From Sarea resinae (taxonomy: Eukaryota): a stretch of DNA of 64,000 bases. The notes under the pieces were generated by a model, which was not told where the DNA came from, ran no database searches, and saw only the letters and a program-made list of their open reading frames with translations. The stretch is taken from positions 124,001 to 188,000 of the forward strand of contig JAPEUD010000026.1 of assembly GCA_026026165.1 (NCBI GenBank), in the 5' to 3' direction. Of the stretch, positions 12,738-23,855 are shown one piece after another. Positions within the stretch are counted from its first letter, which is position 1; each line of letters starts with the position of its first letter. The translations under genes were made by a program, and so were the position numbers.

Positions 12738-13358
12738 CCACTGGTACAAATACATCGTGGTTCATGTTAGGTAGATAACAGCTGGAGGACTCTACCGCTA
12801 CTACGTACGAATCTGTGGCCTTTGCCCTAGCCCGGCTTGTGGGGTACGAAATTTACTGCAAGTCCGTCCGTGCTGAACCTCGTTCTCGAGAGACTACGAG
12901 CGGAAGTTAACCATCTTCAGTCGAAGCCCGCTCAACCAGAATACCAAATTTTCCCCCAGTGGAGCACCAGAAGTACACAAGGCTAGCAGTTCAGAGTACA
13001 TAGTACTAGGATGAAATAGCTGTGGATAACAGCCTCAAAAGTACGGTACCTACCTTAGGTAGTCGAGGCATGGCTTTCGCAAGGGACTGGATACCGAAAG
13101 TACAAGGACACAACCCAATCGCCGACACCGGTGGATGCGCCACATAGGTTCTCGTTTTTGAGATCGAGTATTGCCCACATCCTAAGACGTAATTTTTTTT
13201 TCATCCACGTGAGATGATGGCTTTTCACAACCCTTTCATTGAACTCCCGGTGCAATTGGTGGATTGATAAACCCTGGAGACGCATTGTACGGCGAAAGAT
13301 GACAATTTTTGCAAGAGTGTGTGTGGATGTGGTTGTAGAAATTGGCCGGTCGAATCAA

Positions 13359-15065
13359 TCAACCCAATACGTTTATATCTCCGCTCAGATCCTTGAAGAT
13401 ACCTGTCGCGATTTTGGAGTCATCAGCCCGTCCTAAGCGATGCCTGTGCTGGTTTGTATGTCCTTTGCGCTTCATTCCCGTCGCAGCTTTTGGAGCCCAA
13501 ATATCTTCTGGCTCGTTGACCTCAGTCGAATCAAAATTTTGCTCTCCTGTACCCTGTCCAAGCAGACTTTGTAATTCATCTAAAGTCTTCTGAGCGCTGT
13601 TTATCCTATCCTCCCCTCCCCTGACAATTTTCTCGATGACCTCTTCGGCGGCTGAACTTGCGGCCTCGGATGCAAACGCCCATGCATTGGCTTGTTGCAC
13701 TGTTCCACTGATGGATGGCGACCCAAGTGGGGGTTCTAATTGCACATGCTCCTTGACCGAAGGTCTCGAAGACAACGCCTTGGTAGCATTCTTGAATCGG
13801 GCTTTTCCTGCGAGCAGCGGATATGTTGGGAGCAGATGACTCTCGTCGCTAAGCCGGTCAATTGCTCGAACGGTGGATTCTTGTTCTTTCGCAATCGTCG
13901 CAGTAATGTGTGATCTCTGTTGTGCTATTGACCTCTGTTGCATTGCGATTGGAAGCAGGTGCTCCCTTAGACACGATAGATCAATTTCAGTCGGAGCAGC
14001 ATTCCTATCTTTTTCCTTTGATGGACAACAATTTGGCGAGTCTAGAATTTGCGATGAATCTAGCCACGTTGCCACATTAGTGGGCTCTGTCGCCAGAATA
14101 AGTAAAAGAGACTTCCGTGCTTGGACATAAATGTCATAAAGATCCTTGACTTTAGCCGTCTGCTCCGGAGAATCTAACGTAGAATCAAGGTCACCGCCAA
14201 CACCAAAGTTTTCCGCCGACCCTTCACAAATACCCTTCTCCCCGACCTTTTCCCCGGCCTTACCAAGCTCAGCCTCTAACCAACTGATCAGTTCGGTGCG
14301 AGTGCGTTGTAGAGCATAACATTTGGCTCGGCCAGATTTTGGGGGCTTCAACCGCTCGCGCTCTAGTTGGAGAGCGGTTAGAAGAATCTTCTGCCTTTCG
14401 AGAAGATTCTTGGCCTGGATAACGTTCCTCTCCAGGCGTAGAAGCAGCGCATCAACCTCCCCTTGTTCGGATACCTCTGCCGTACTTCGTTCGTTTCGAT
14501 TGCAAATGGGCGGAGGCAGTGACGGCATTGAATCCAAGGGCCGAGACAGTTCTCCAACCTCAAGGTATTGCGGCTTTGCCGCAGGCTTCTGCTGAAGTAC
14601 ATCCAAATAATCTTGGAGGATGAGTAGTCTTTGGTATCTCTGCCGCTGGCGGAGAAGCCCTATATATGTAGATGTTGTCTCCTGCACCGTACCACGCTCG
14701 CTAGCATACGTCGAAGTGCCATCAGTATGTGGTATCTGCCGACCTTGATCCGACTCCGCAGTTGATCTTGCCGTGAGGTGTTCGTATTCGTTGGAGGCCC
14801 TGATATGCGCACGGAGTGATTTGATATATTCCTTCCGCAAAAGACAGATTCCAGAGGGAAGGGCTGGCAACTCAGTGAGGCCATTGGAAAGAAACAATGC
14901 AAGAGAGTGCCCCTTGTCTACTTCATGATCCGGAAGGATCGAGTGAAAATGAGCGGTCAAGGCTCTCCTAATATTCAGTGTTTCCTGGCGCGTTTTGATG
15001 TAGGGTGCTAAATGCGATATGATCGAAGGAAGCGGGAACTCTTCACTACAACCACCGTCCTTCAT
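13359..15065 (-). CDS. Hypothetical 568-aa protein, predicted helical/coiled-coil, single exon
   Basis: Long uninterrupted ATG-initiated ORF with heptad-like segments (LLRLERNVIQAKNLLERQK, ALQRTRTELISWLEAELGK). Head-to-head with BRR2. No family recognised. Confidence 0.75.
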   Translation of the reverse strand: MKDGGCSEEFPLPSIISHLAPYIKTRQETLNIRRALTAHFHSILPDHEVDKGHSLALFLSNGLTELPALPSGICLLRKEYIKSLRAHIRASNEYEHLTARSTAESDQGRQIPHTDGTSTYASERGTVQETTSTYIGLLRQRQRYQRLLILQDYLDVLQQKPAAKPQYLEVGELSRPLDSMPSLPPPICNRNERSTAEVSEQGEVDALLLRLERNVIQAKNLLERQKILLTALQLERERLKPPKSGRAKCYALQRTRTELISWLEAELGKAGEKVGEKGICEGSAENFGVGGDLDSTLDSPEQTAKVKDLYDIYVQARKSLLLILATEPTNVATWLDSSQILDSPNCCPSKEKDRNAAPTEIDLSCLREHLLPIAMQQRSIAQQRSHITATIAKEQESTVRAIDRLSDESHLLPTYPLLAGKARFKNATKALSSRPSVKEHVQLEPPLGSPSISGTVQQANAWAFASEAASSAAEEVIEKIVRGGEDRINSAQKTLDELQSLLGQGTGEQNFDSTEVNEPEDIWAPKAATGMKRKGHTNQHRHRLGRADDSKIATGIFKDLSGDINVLG

Positions 15066-15732
15066 TGTATCAGCGCCGAAGTCGAAACGCGAGAGGCCGC
15101 CGTGGGTGGGAGTAAGACGTCAATGTTGACAGCTGGAGACATCCAGGAAGTTTCCGGTACTCTGTTGTTGTTTTCAGGTAGCGCCCGTGCCGTGGGACAC
15201 GTACTATGTAAGGTACCTACTCTGGAGTACCTCCCTACAGTACTGTTGTAGATCATCTCGAAAGCGTTAGATCTCGGCTGAGGCTCAAAATCTACTCGTA
15301 CGAAGGAAGTCCTTCGTGTACATGGTTGGATACCTAAGGGATGGGAAGAATGAGGTACCTTACCTACCGTCCCTTAAGGTAAGGTGAGGCAAGGTACGAC
15401 GGCTACGTACCTGCCTCATTATCATCTTCATCTCTGCCTCTCGAAATAAGTGCATTTTTGCCTTCCCACCTACCACCTCACCGCACTCGCGTTCGCTGCT
15501 CACTGCATCTTTCCCGTGCAGTAGTGGAATTGAGAGCAGAGTGTAGCTCATCTCAACCTCTGCTCCTCCCGCTATCGTTTCGAGGACAGTCTGTGCGCTT
15601 CGGTTTCGATCGTCCGCCAGATGCTTCGGAGAGTGTCTTCCGAACTTGTTTGACTTAAGGTCAGACATCGGACTCGTTCATCTTCTTTCCTACCGGTGTT
15701 ATCGCGCGACTGCGCGACGGATATCAGCCACC

Positions 15733-18700
15733 ATGGCGGATCCCAAAGATGTTTCGCAGTACAAGTACTCGGCCATGTCAAACCTGGTCCTCCAGGCCGA
15801 CCCACGATTCTATACTCGTCGCAAGGAAGAAGGAGCTGGCGATCCAGAGTCCCTTGCCGGGAGGATCAACATCCGGGATATGGGATCTCGAATCGGCCAA
15901 GACGATGTTCCGAAACCGAAGAAAAAGCAGACCGGCCCCAAGGATGTTGAGAGGGGAGATATCCGTGAAGGGGAGGATGTTCTCGAAAGAGAGCAGAAGA
16001 AGCGCAAACGGGGCGAGCCAGCACAATTACGGGGAACGGGTATCCTATCTGCAGCAGATGCATTGATCGAAGGCATACGTTATCGACCACGCACTGCTGC
16101 GACTCGAGCGACTTACGATCTTATTCTGACGACCGTGGCTAATCAGCTGGGAGATGTTCCGCATGATGTTGTCAGGAGTGCTGCAGATGCCGTGCTAGAG
16201 ACCCTAAAGGACGAAAACATGAAGGATTTTGACAAGAAGAAAGATATCGATGATCTATTAGGCGCTACTATGGGCTCTAAAGAATTCAACGAGCTTGTCA
16301 ATCTGGGCAAGAAGATCACGGATTACGATGCCCAGGATGAGGACGAGGACATGGAAGATGGCGAACAAATGGGAGAAGGCGCAGATCTAGATGAACGACA
16401 GGGAGTTGCGGTCGTCTTTGATGAATCCGATGATGATGAAGAAGGCGCCAGGACCTACGAAGTCAGGGACGAGGATGATACATCTGAGGAAGACGGTAAC
16501 GATTTAGCAGACCGTGCGGCACAAGAAGATGCTACCGAGGAAGCGGAAGCTGATGATGCTCCTGCTGTGAAGGTCACTGACGGGGAAGAGATGATCATTG
16601 ACTCCAGTGGCGCTGCCCAGTCCCACAAACATGAAGATAAGGATTCAGTTGCAGCGTATGAGATTGATGCATATTGGCTGCAGCGCCAAATAGGTCAAGT
16701 CTATATGGACGCTCATATTCAGCAAGTCAAGACGCAGGAAGCTTTACAGATCATGTCCGGAACTACCGAGGACGGCGAAGAGAAACCTCTCCGTGAGGTG
16801 GAAAATGATCTTATGGAGCTATTCGATTACGAACATCACGAACTTGTCGGAAAGCTCGTCTCAAACCGCGACAAGATTGTCTGGGTGACTCGATGGCGTA
16901 GGGTAGCAGAAGACCCGGCGGCCAAAACTGCCGTCGAGCGTGAAATGATTGCAGAAGGTCACCGAAAGATTTTAGATGAGCTCAGGACTAGAGATGAAGC
17001 CGGAACCGACTTAGCAGGGCCACAGAAAAAGAAACTCAAGATCGACCTCATGGATATCGACGTTCCTTCAGCACCCACGAATGGGGAAGCTGGGGGTGCG
17101 GCCGATAAGGCAAAGGATGGAACACTCGTTGGCGGTCTCCAACCCAGGCGGCTAATCAATCTCGAAAACCTTGTCTTTGATCAAGGAAATCATCTCATGA
17201 CGAACCCTAACGTCAAATTACCGCAGGGTTCGACCAAGCGCACATTTAAGGGCTACGAGGAGATTCACGTACCAGCTCCAAAGCCAAAGAGGGATGCTAC
17301 CGAGCCTAATTTGCCAGCTACAACCCTACCTGAGTGGGCAAGACAAGGTTTCGGTTCAGCGAAGGAGCTCAACCGAATACAAACCAAATGCTACCCCACC
17401 GCATTCGAAGATGATGCCAACATGCTGATTTGCGCTCCCACTGGGTCGGGCAAAACAAATGTGGCAATGCTTACGATTCTTCGAGAAATCGGAAAGAACC
17501 GAAACCCCGAAACTGGCGAAATCAACCTCGATAACTTCAAAATAATATACGTGTCACCCCTCAAAGCCTTGGTTTCAGAGCAAGTCGGAAACTTCGGAAA
17601 ACGTCTTGAGCCGTATGGCATCAAAGTCTCTGAGCTTACAGGTGATCGTCAGCTGACAAAGCAACAAATAGCTGACACACAGATCATTGTCACCACTCCT
17701 GAAAAATGGGATGTCATAACTCGCAAAGCCACAGAAATGAGCTATACGAATCTTGTGCGGCTAATTATCATCGATGAAATTCACCTCTTGCACGATGACC
17801 GAGGCCCTGTGATCGAAAGCATCGTCAGCCGGACAATTCGAAAGATTGAGCAGACAGGGGATCCAGTACGTCTGGTTGGTCTGAGTGCTACGCTACCAAA
17901 TTATCGTGACGTTGGAAGCTTCCTGCGGGTTGATCCGCTGAATGGACTATTCCATTTCGATGGGTCCTATCGGCCTTGCCCGCTGCGACAAGAATTTATT
18001 GGCGTTACCGACAAGAAGGCTATAAAGCAGCTAAAGACGATGAATGACGTTTGCTATACAAAGGTCATGGAGCAAGTTGGCGAGAAGAAAAACCAGATGC
18101 TCATTTTCGTCCATTCTCGAAAGGAAACAGCGAAGACAGCTCGATACATCCGGGACAAGGCTCTCGAACTGGAGACCATTGGACAAATCCTTCGAAGTGA
18201 TGCAGCTAGTAGGGAGGTCTTAACCGAGGAAGCTGATGGAGTAGTTGACCGAGATCTCAAGGATGTTTTGCCTTATGGTTTTGGTATCCACCACGCTGGT
18301 ATGAGCCGTGCAGATCGAACTTCCGTTGAAGATCTCTTCGCAGATGGCATGATCCAGGTGCTAGTCTGCACGGCAACTCTTGCTTGGGGTGTTAATCTTC
18401 CAGCCCATACGGTGATTATCAAAGGCACTCAGATCTACTCGCCTGAAAAGGGTAGCTGGGTTGAGCTAAGCCCTCAAGATGTCCTTCAGATGCTCGGTCG
18501 CGCCGGACGACCCCAGTACGATACATTCGGCGAGGGCATCATCATCACGACGCAAACCGAGATACAGTACTACCTATCTTTGATGAATCAGCAGCTTCCG
18601 ATTGAGAGCCAGTTCGTCAGCAGGTTAGCCGATAACCTCAATGCAGAAATTGTACTTGGAAACGTCAGAACCAGAGATGAGGGTGTAGAATGGCTTGGTT

Positions 18701-21700
18701 ACACCTATCTCTTCGTTCGAATGCTACGATCACCAGGCTTGTATAGCGTTGGCGCGGAGTACGAAGATGATGAGGCTCTAGAGCAGAAACGGGTTGACCT
18801 AATCCACTCCGCTGCCACTGTTCTCGAGAAGTCCAGTTTGGTAAAATACGACAAGCGATCCGGAAAGCTTCAAGCCACGGAACTTGGGCGAATTGCCTCG
18901 CACTACTACATCACGCACAGTTCAATGCTTACTTATAACCACCATCTCCAGCCCTCTATCACGCCTATCGAACTATTTCGCGTATTTGCTCTCAGTGATG
19001 AGTTCAAGTATATTCCGGTGCGGCAGGACGAGAAGCTTGAACTGGCCAAACTTCTTGGCCGTGTTCCTATTCCAGTCAAAGAGAGCATTGAGGAGCCTCA
19101 AGCTAAGATCAACGTGCTTCTGCAAGCGTACATTTCACGACTTAAGCTCGAAGGCTTGGCTCTGATGGCTGATCTGGTCTACGTTACTCAGTCAGCTGGT
19201 CGAATTCTTCGTGCCATTTTCGAAATTTGCCTCAAAAAAGGCTGGTCGTTGGTAGCCAAGACAGCTTTAGATCTCTGTAAGATGGCCGAAAAACGAATGT
19301 GGCCAACAATGACTCCGCTCCGCCAATTCCCCTCATGTCCTCGCGACATTGTTCAGAAGGCTGAGAGGATTGATGTGCCATGGTCTAGTTATTTCGACCT
19401 CGATCCTCCCAGAATGGGAGAGCTGCTAGGAATGCCGAGAGCAGGAAAGATAGTCTGTTCCCTTGTACAAAAGTTCCCGAGATTGGATGTCCAGGCACAA
19501 GTCCAACCGATGACGCGGTCCATGCTTCGCGTCGAGCTTACTATCACTCCCAACTTTGAGTGGGACGATGAGTTGCACGGTGCGGCGGAGAACTTCTGGA
19601 TAATTGCGGAAGACTGTGATGGCGAAGACATTCTTTTTCACGACCAATTCCTGCTTCGCAAGGGTTATGCTCGTGCCGAGATGAATGAGCATCTGGTCGA
19701 ATTCACCGTCCCGATCACCGAACCTATGCCTCCGAATTACTTCATCACGGTTGTGTCTGACAGGTGGATGCATTCAGAGACAAAGATAGCCGTCTCCTTC
19801 CAAAAGCTCTTGCTACCGGAGAAGTTCCCTCCGCATACGCCACTTCTAGATCTCCAGCCACTCCCCGTTTCAGCTCTGAAACAACAAGATTTCCAGGATC
19901 TCTACCCTGAGTGGACCCGCTTCAACAAAATCCAGACCCAGGTCTTCAACTCCCTCTTTACGACTGATGATAATGTTTTTGTTGGAGCCCCGACCGGAAG
20001 TGGCAAAACAGTCTGCGCTGAATTTGCGCTACTTAGGCATTGGTCCAAAACGGACGCAGGAAGGGCGGTCTATATTGCCCCGTTCCAGGAGCTGGTCGAT
20101 CAGCGACTTGCCGACTGGAAAGAGCGGTTGAGCAAAATGGGTGGTGGGAAGGAAATCGTCAAGCTTACTGGTGAGACTACAGCCGATCTGAAACTAATAG
20201 AGAGAGGAGACCTGATCCTAGCCACTCCAAGCCAGTGGGACGTTCTCTCGCGTCAGTGGCAGCGAAGAAAGAACGTTCAGACCGTACAGCTTTTCATCGC
20301 GGACGAACTCCACATGCTTGGGGGCCAAGGTGGTTTTATCTACGAAATCATTGTATCGCGAATGCATTACATTGCACTGCAAACAGAAAATGACATGCGG
20401 ATCGTCGGACTCAGTGTCTCGTTGGCAAATGCTCGCGATATTGGCGAGTGGGTCGGAGCGACTAAGCACACGATCTACAACTTCAGTCCACACACTCGTC
20501 CAGTTCCACTGGAACTTCACATTCAATCTTTCACTATCCCTCACTTCCCTTCTCTTATGCTTGCTATGGCAAAGCCGACATATCTCTCCATATTGCAACT
20601 ATCTCCTGGCAAGCCAGCGCTGGTCTTCGTTCCAAGCCGAAAGCAAGTCCGCGCAACGGCACTAGATCTTCTTTCGGCCTGTGTTGCGGATGATGATGAA
20701 GACAGGTTCTTGCATGCTCGAATTGACGAGATAGCTCCTCTTCTAAACCGGATCAACGAACGAGCTCTTGCAGATTCTGTCTCCCATGGAATCGGCTACT
20801 TCCATGAAGCTTTGAGCCAAAACGACAAGCGAATAGTCCAACATCTCTTTGTCAATGGTGCAATTCAGGTCTTGCTTGCCTCTCGGGATACATGCTGGGA
20901 ACTGGATTGCACGGCGCATTTGGTTATTGTGATGGGTACACAATTCTTCGAAGGCCGAGAGCATCGATACATCGACTATCCTATCAGCGAAATTCTCCAG
21001 ATGTTTGGAAAGGCCAGCAGACCACTCGAAGATAAGACTAACAAGGGCGTTCTCATGGTTCCGGCTGTCAAGAGAGACTACTATAAGAAGTTCTTGAATG
21101 AGGCTCTACCTATCGAGAGCCATCTCCAGGTTTATCTTCATGACGCCTTTGTTTCCGAGATCAGTACGAAGACTATTGCTTCCACACAAGATGCCGTTGA
21201 TTGGTCTACTTATACGTATTTCTACCGGCGACTTCTAGCTAATCCTAGCTATTATGGTCTTACGGATACATCTCATGAAGGGCTCAGCACACATCTGTCC
21301 GAGTTGGTGGAAACTACTCTCAAAGATCTTGCTGAAGCTAAGATAATTGACCTCGATGAGGAAGATGATACGGTCACTCCTTTGAACGCAGCCATGATTG
21401 CCGCCTACTATAACATATCTTTCATCACGATGCAAACCTTCCTCCTTTCTCTGAGTGGTCGGACAAAGCTTAAAGGAATCCTGGAGATCGTTACCTCGGC
21501 CACAGAATTCGAGGGTATCCAGATTAGACGACATGAAGATCATATCTTGCAGCGCATCTACGACCGCGTGCCAGTCAAAATGGCTCAGCCCAGCTACGAG
21601 TCTCCTCATTTCAAAGCTTTCGTGCTACTACAAGCGCACTTCTCTCGGATGCAATTGCCGGCTGATTTGGCGAAGGACCAAGAGGTCATCCTAAGCAAGG

Positions 21701-22473
21701 TCCTAAACTTGCTGAGCGCTTGCGTTGATGTGCTCTCATCTGACGGCCACATCAATGCGATGAACGCCATGGAAATCTCTCAGATGGTTGTGCAAGCTAT
21801 GTGGGATCGTGACAGTCCTCTCAAGCAAATCCCACACTTCTCACCTGAGGTGGTCAAGGCTGCCAATGAATTTGGGTATGTAATCTCTCCGCTGGATAAA
21901 GATCGTATCGCATTTACTAACAAGGGTCTCTGTTCTAGTATCAAAGACATTTTCGAGTTCATCGATGCCATGGATCCCTCCGAAAACAAAGACTACGACG
22001 CATTGATAAAGCGTCTTGGCCTGGACAACAAACAGCTTGCCCAAGCCGCATCCTTTACCAACAAATATCCCAGTCTGGATCTCGACTTTGAAGTCGAAGA
22101 CCCCGATGGTATCGCCGCTGGCAGCCCAGCATACCTCAAGATCAAGATTGAGCGCGAGGCCGACGACGATGAGGAAGATACCGAGCCGGACACCACCGTG
22201 CATGCACCCTTCTATCCGCCAAAGAAGATGGAGAATTGGTGGCTTGTCGTTGGTGAGGAGTCGACGAAGAGTCTGCTGGCTATCAAAAGAGTCACTATTG
22301 GGCGCAAACTCAACACGAGACTTGAGTTCGTGGTACCAGCACCTGGGGAGCATGAGCTTAATCTATATCTCATGAGTGATAGCTATGTGGGGGTGGATCA
22401 GGATCCAGCCTTTAAGGTCACCGCTGCTGAAGGCATGGATGAAGATGAGGAGGAAGAAGAAGAAGAAGAGTGA
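15733..22473 (+). CDS. BRR2: U5 snRNP 200-kDa RNA helicase Brr2; one 63-nt intron 21876-21938
   Basis: MADPKDVSQYKYSAMSNLVLQAD start, two Ski2-like helicase cassettes (APTGSGKT/DEIH, APTGSGKT/DELH) each followed by a Sec63 domain, acidic tail. Confidence 0.97.
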   Translation: MADPKDVSQYKYSAMSNLVLQADPRFYTRRKEEGAGDPESLAGRINIRDMGSRIGQDDVPKPKKKQTGPKDVERGDIREGEDVLEREQKKRKRGEPAQLRGTGILSAADALIEGIRYRPRTAATRATYDLILTTVANQLGDVPHDVVRSAADAVLETLKDENMKDFDKKKDIDDLLGATMGSKEFNELVNLGKKITDYDAQDEDEDMEDGEQMGEGADLDERQGVAVVFDESDDDEEGARTYEVRDEDDTSEEDGNDLADRAAQEDATEEAEADDAPAVKVTDGEEMIIDSSGAAQSHKHEDKDSVAAYEIDAYWLQRQIGQVYMDAHIQQVKTQEALQIMSGTTEDGEEKPLREVENDLMELFDYEHHELVGKLVSNRDKIVWVTRWRRVAEDPAAKTAVEREMIAEGHRKILDELRTRDEAGTDLAGPQKKKLKIDLMDIDVPSAPTNGEAGGAADKAKDGTLVGGLQPRRLINLENLVFDQGNHLMTNPNVKLPQGSTKRTFKGYEEIHVPAPKPKRDATEPNLPATTLPEWARQGFGSAKELNRIQTKCYPTAFEDDANMLICAPTGSGKTNVAMLTILREIGKNRNPETGEINLDNFKIIYVSPLKALVSEQVGNFGKRLEPYGIKVSELTGDRQLTKQQIADTQIIVTTPEKWDVITRKATEMSYTNLVRLIIIDEIHLLHDDRGPVIESIVSRTIRKIEQTGDPVRLVGLSATLPNYRDVGSFLRVDPLNGLFHFDGSYRPCPLRQEFIGVTDKKAIKQLKTMNDVCYTKVMEQVGEKKNQMLIFVHSRKETAKTARYIRDKALELETIGQILRSDAASREVLTEEADGVVDRDLKDVLPYGFGIHHAGMSRADRTSVEDLFADGMIQVLVCTATLAWGVNLPAHTVIIKGTQIYSPEKGSWVELSPQDVLQMLGRAGRPQYDTFGEGIIITTQTEIQYYLSLMNQQLPIESQFVSRLADNLNAEIVLGNVRTRDEGVEWLGYTYLFVRMLRSPGLYSVGAEYEDDEALEQKRVDLIHSAATVLEKSSLVKYDKRSGKLQATELGRIASHYYITHSSMLTYNHHLQPSITPIELFRVFALSDEFKYIPVRQDEKLELAKLLGRVPIPVKESIEEPQAKINVLLQAYISRLKLEGLALMADLVYVTQSAGRILRAIFEICLKKGWSLVAKTALDLCKMAEKRMWPTMTPLRQFPSCPRDIVQKAERIDVPWSSYFDLDPPRMGELLGMPRAGKIVCSLVQKFPRLDVQAQVQPMTRSMLRVELTITPNFEWDDELHGAAENFWIIAEDCDGEDILFHDQFLLRKGYARAEMNEHLVEFTVPITEPMPPNYFITVVSDRWMHSETKIAVSFQKLLLPEKFPPHTPLLDLQPLPVSALKQQDFQDLYPEWTRFNKIQTQVFNSLFTTDDNVFVGAPTGSGKTVCAEFALLRHWSKTDAGRAVYIAPFQELVDQRLADWKERLSKMGGGKEIVKLTGETTADLKLIERGDLILATPSQWDVLSRQWQRRKNVQTVQLFIADELHMLGGQGGFIYEIIVSRMHYIALQTENDMRIVGLSVSLANARDIGEWVGATKHTIYNFSPHTRPVPLELHIQSFTIPHFPSLMLAMAKPTYLSILQLSPGKPALVFVPSRKQVRATALDLLSACVADDDEDRFLHARIDEIAPLLNRINERALADSVSHGIGYFHEALSQNDKRIVQHLFVNGAIQVLLASRDTCWELDCTAHLVIVMGTQFFEGREHRYIDYPISEILQMFGKASRPLEDKTNKGVLMVPAVKRDYYKKFLNEALPIESHLQVYLHDAFVSEISTKTIASTQDAVDWSTYTYFYRRLLANPSYYGLTDTSHEGLSTHLSELVETTLKDLAEAKIIDLDEEDDTVTPLNAAMIAAYYNISFITMQTFLLSLSGRTKLKGILEIVTSATEFEGIQIRRHEDHILQRIYDRVPVKMAQPSYESPHFKAFVLLQAHFSRMQLPADLAKDQEVILSKVLNLLSACVDVLSSDGHINAMNAMEISQMVVQAMWDRDSPLKQIPHFSPEVVKAANEFGYVISPLDKDRIAFTNKGLCSSIKDIFEFIDAMDPSENKDYDALIKRLGLDNKQLAQAASFTNKYPSLDLDFEVEDPDGIAAGSPAYLKIKIEREADDDEEDTEPDTTVHAPFYPPKKMENWWLVVGEESTKSLLAIKRVTIGRKLNTRLEFVVPAPGEHELNLYLMSDSYVGVDQDPAFKVTAAEGMDEDEEEEEEEE

Positions 22474-22982
22474 AGGCGGCTGATATCATGTGCTTTCACT
22501 GTTCGTGTAGATATAGTCGTTAATTTGGGCGTTTTACCATGTGATGTCAGCATTTTCGTTTTGTACTAAAAGCATTACAAAGTATCATCTACGAAAATCA
22601 TACTCGTGTTTCGGGACTTGAGTTGCTTTCAATGAGGATTAAGCTTGCCATAGCCGTGACAAAAATATGCTTTGTTCCTCATGGTCATCAAACCGTGAAT
22701 AGGGCAAGGCAACTGCAAACAAGTGCACAGGATTACATCCATACGTGTGTGACGTCAGCGTATCATTGTGATCGTATGTTGACCTCACTTCAGCTCCCTA
22801 GCCTCCAGCTGCTAATTGAAAATGGACAGAACGGACAAATACTCGAGGGTATCCCTGGCCAAATCAACAATAATCTAAAATTAAGAAAAAGGTCAAAATT
22901 ACAAAGTACGGACGGTGAGGATAAGTGGAGCAAAGAAAGCACCCCGCCGTCTTCCCCACCCCTCCCCCGCCTAATCACCGGC

Positions 22983-23585
22983 ATGGCCACCAAATCACTC
23001 AACACACAGACACGCTCCTCTCTCCTTCGCGCCCGTGCCCAAGCCTTCTGTCAGGCTTTTCTGGACGGCGAACCCCCCGATAAAATACTCGGCGAGTTTT
23101 TCCTGCCCGATGCAAAGATCACGGAGCATGGACCGCGGGGCGGTGTGGCATCGTCCTCACCTACATCTGCAAAACCATCACATCCGCCGTTGGCCTTTTT
23201 AGGACAAACCTTTCAAGGGCGGAATTTCACTTCCTCTTCTTCTTCCTTGTCCTCCAAAAGTCCGGAGTCTATAGCGCAAAGAAACCTGGAAGATTATTTC
23301 TCGATCCTCTCCTCGGTCCTCTCTTTCCACCCCTCCCCCTCCACTTTCCCTGCGCCAAGCGAATTCATCGTCGACCCAGAAGCCAATGCCGTGGCTGTTG
23401 TGGGGAAGGGGAGGTTTGAGAGTACGGAGACGGGGAGGGGTTGGGATGAGTGTTTCATCTATCGATTGAGTGGGTGGGAAGAGGGAGACGAGTGCAAGGG
23501 CCCTAGAATGAGTCATTGGGAGATTTGGGCAGATACGTTGAGCGCCTGGGCTGCTGTACAGAAAGCTGGGCATGGTATGGAGTAA
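22983..23585 (+). CDS. Hypothetical protein, probable NTF2/SnoaL-like fold
   Basis: AQAFCQAFLDG..ITEHGP..FLGQTFQG..YFSILSSVLSF..FIVDPEANAVAVVGKGRFES..WDECFIYRLS..HWEIWAD pattern resembles fungal SnoaL-like proteins. First convincing ATG is 22983. Confidence 0.7.
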   Translation: MATKSLNTQTRSSLLRARAQAFCQAFLDGEPPDKILGEFFLPDAKITEHGPRGGVASSSPTSAKPSHPPLAFLGQTFQGRNFTSSSSSLSSKSPESIAQRNLEDYFSILSSVLSFHPSPSTFPAPSEFIVDPEANAVAVVGKGRFESTETGRGWDECFIYRLSGWEEGDECKGPRMSHWEIWADTLSAWAAVQKAGHGME

Positions 23586-23855
23586 AGTTAGGCCAGAGGG
23601 AGCAAAAGGAGTGTAAGATCTATCTTGTGAGAAGAAATCAAGGCAGGGAACCTCCTGGCACATGAAGGAATGTTGATCAAGACGTGACATGATAACAATG
23701 AGGAATCTTTCGACGCCACTTCTACAACTTCTCTACGGATACTTGGATGCCAAAGCCAGCAATGTAAACTACAAATCATCCCCAAATGGAGCCCTGATAC
23801 CGACATGACGAATGAAAATAGAAACAAGACGAAGGCTAAAAGTTCGGGTCCCGAT

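Noticed and set aside
13060..13202. Possible structured ncRNA (GCAA/GAAA loops, terminal T-run)
   Set aside because: No match to snRNA, SRP, tRNA or snoRNA motifs that I can recognise. It is more simply the 3' region of the minus-strand hypothetical gene.
15646..15732. N-terminal extension of BRR2 in the ORF track
   Set aside because: It starts at TTG. The conserved start is the ATG at 15733 in GCCACCATGG context.
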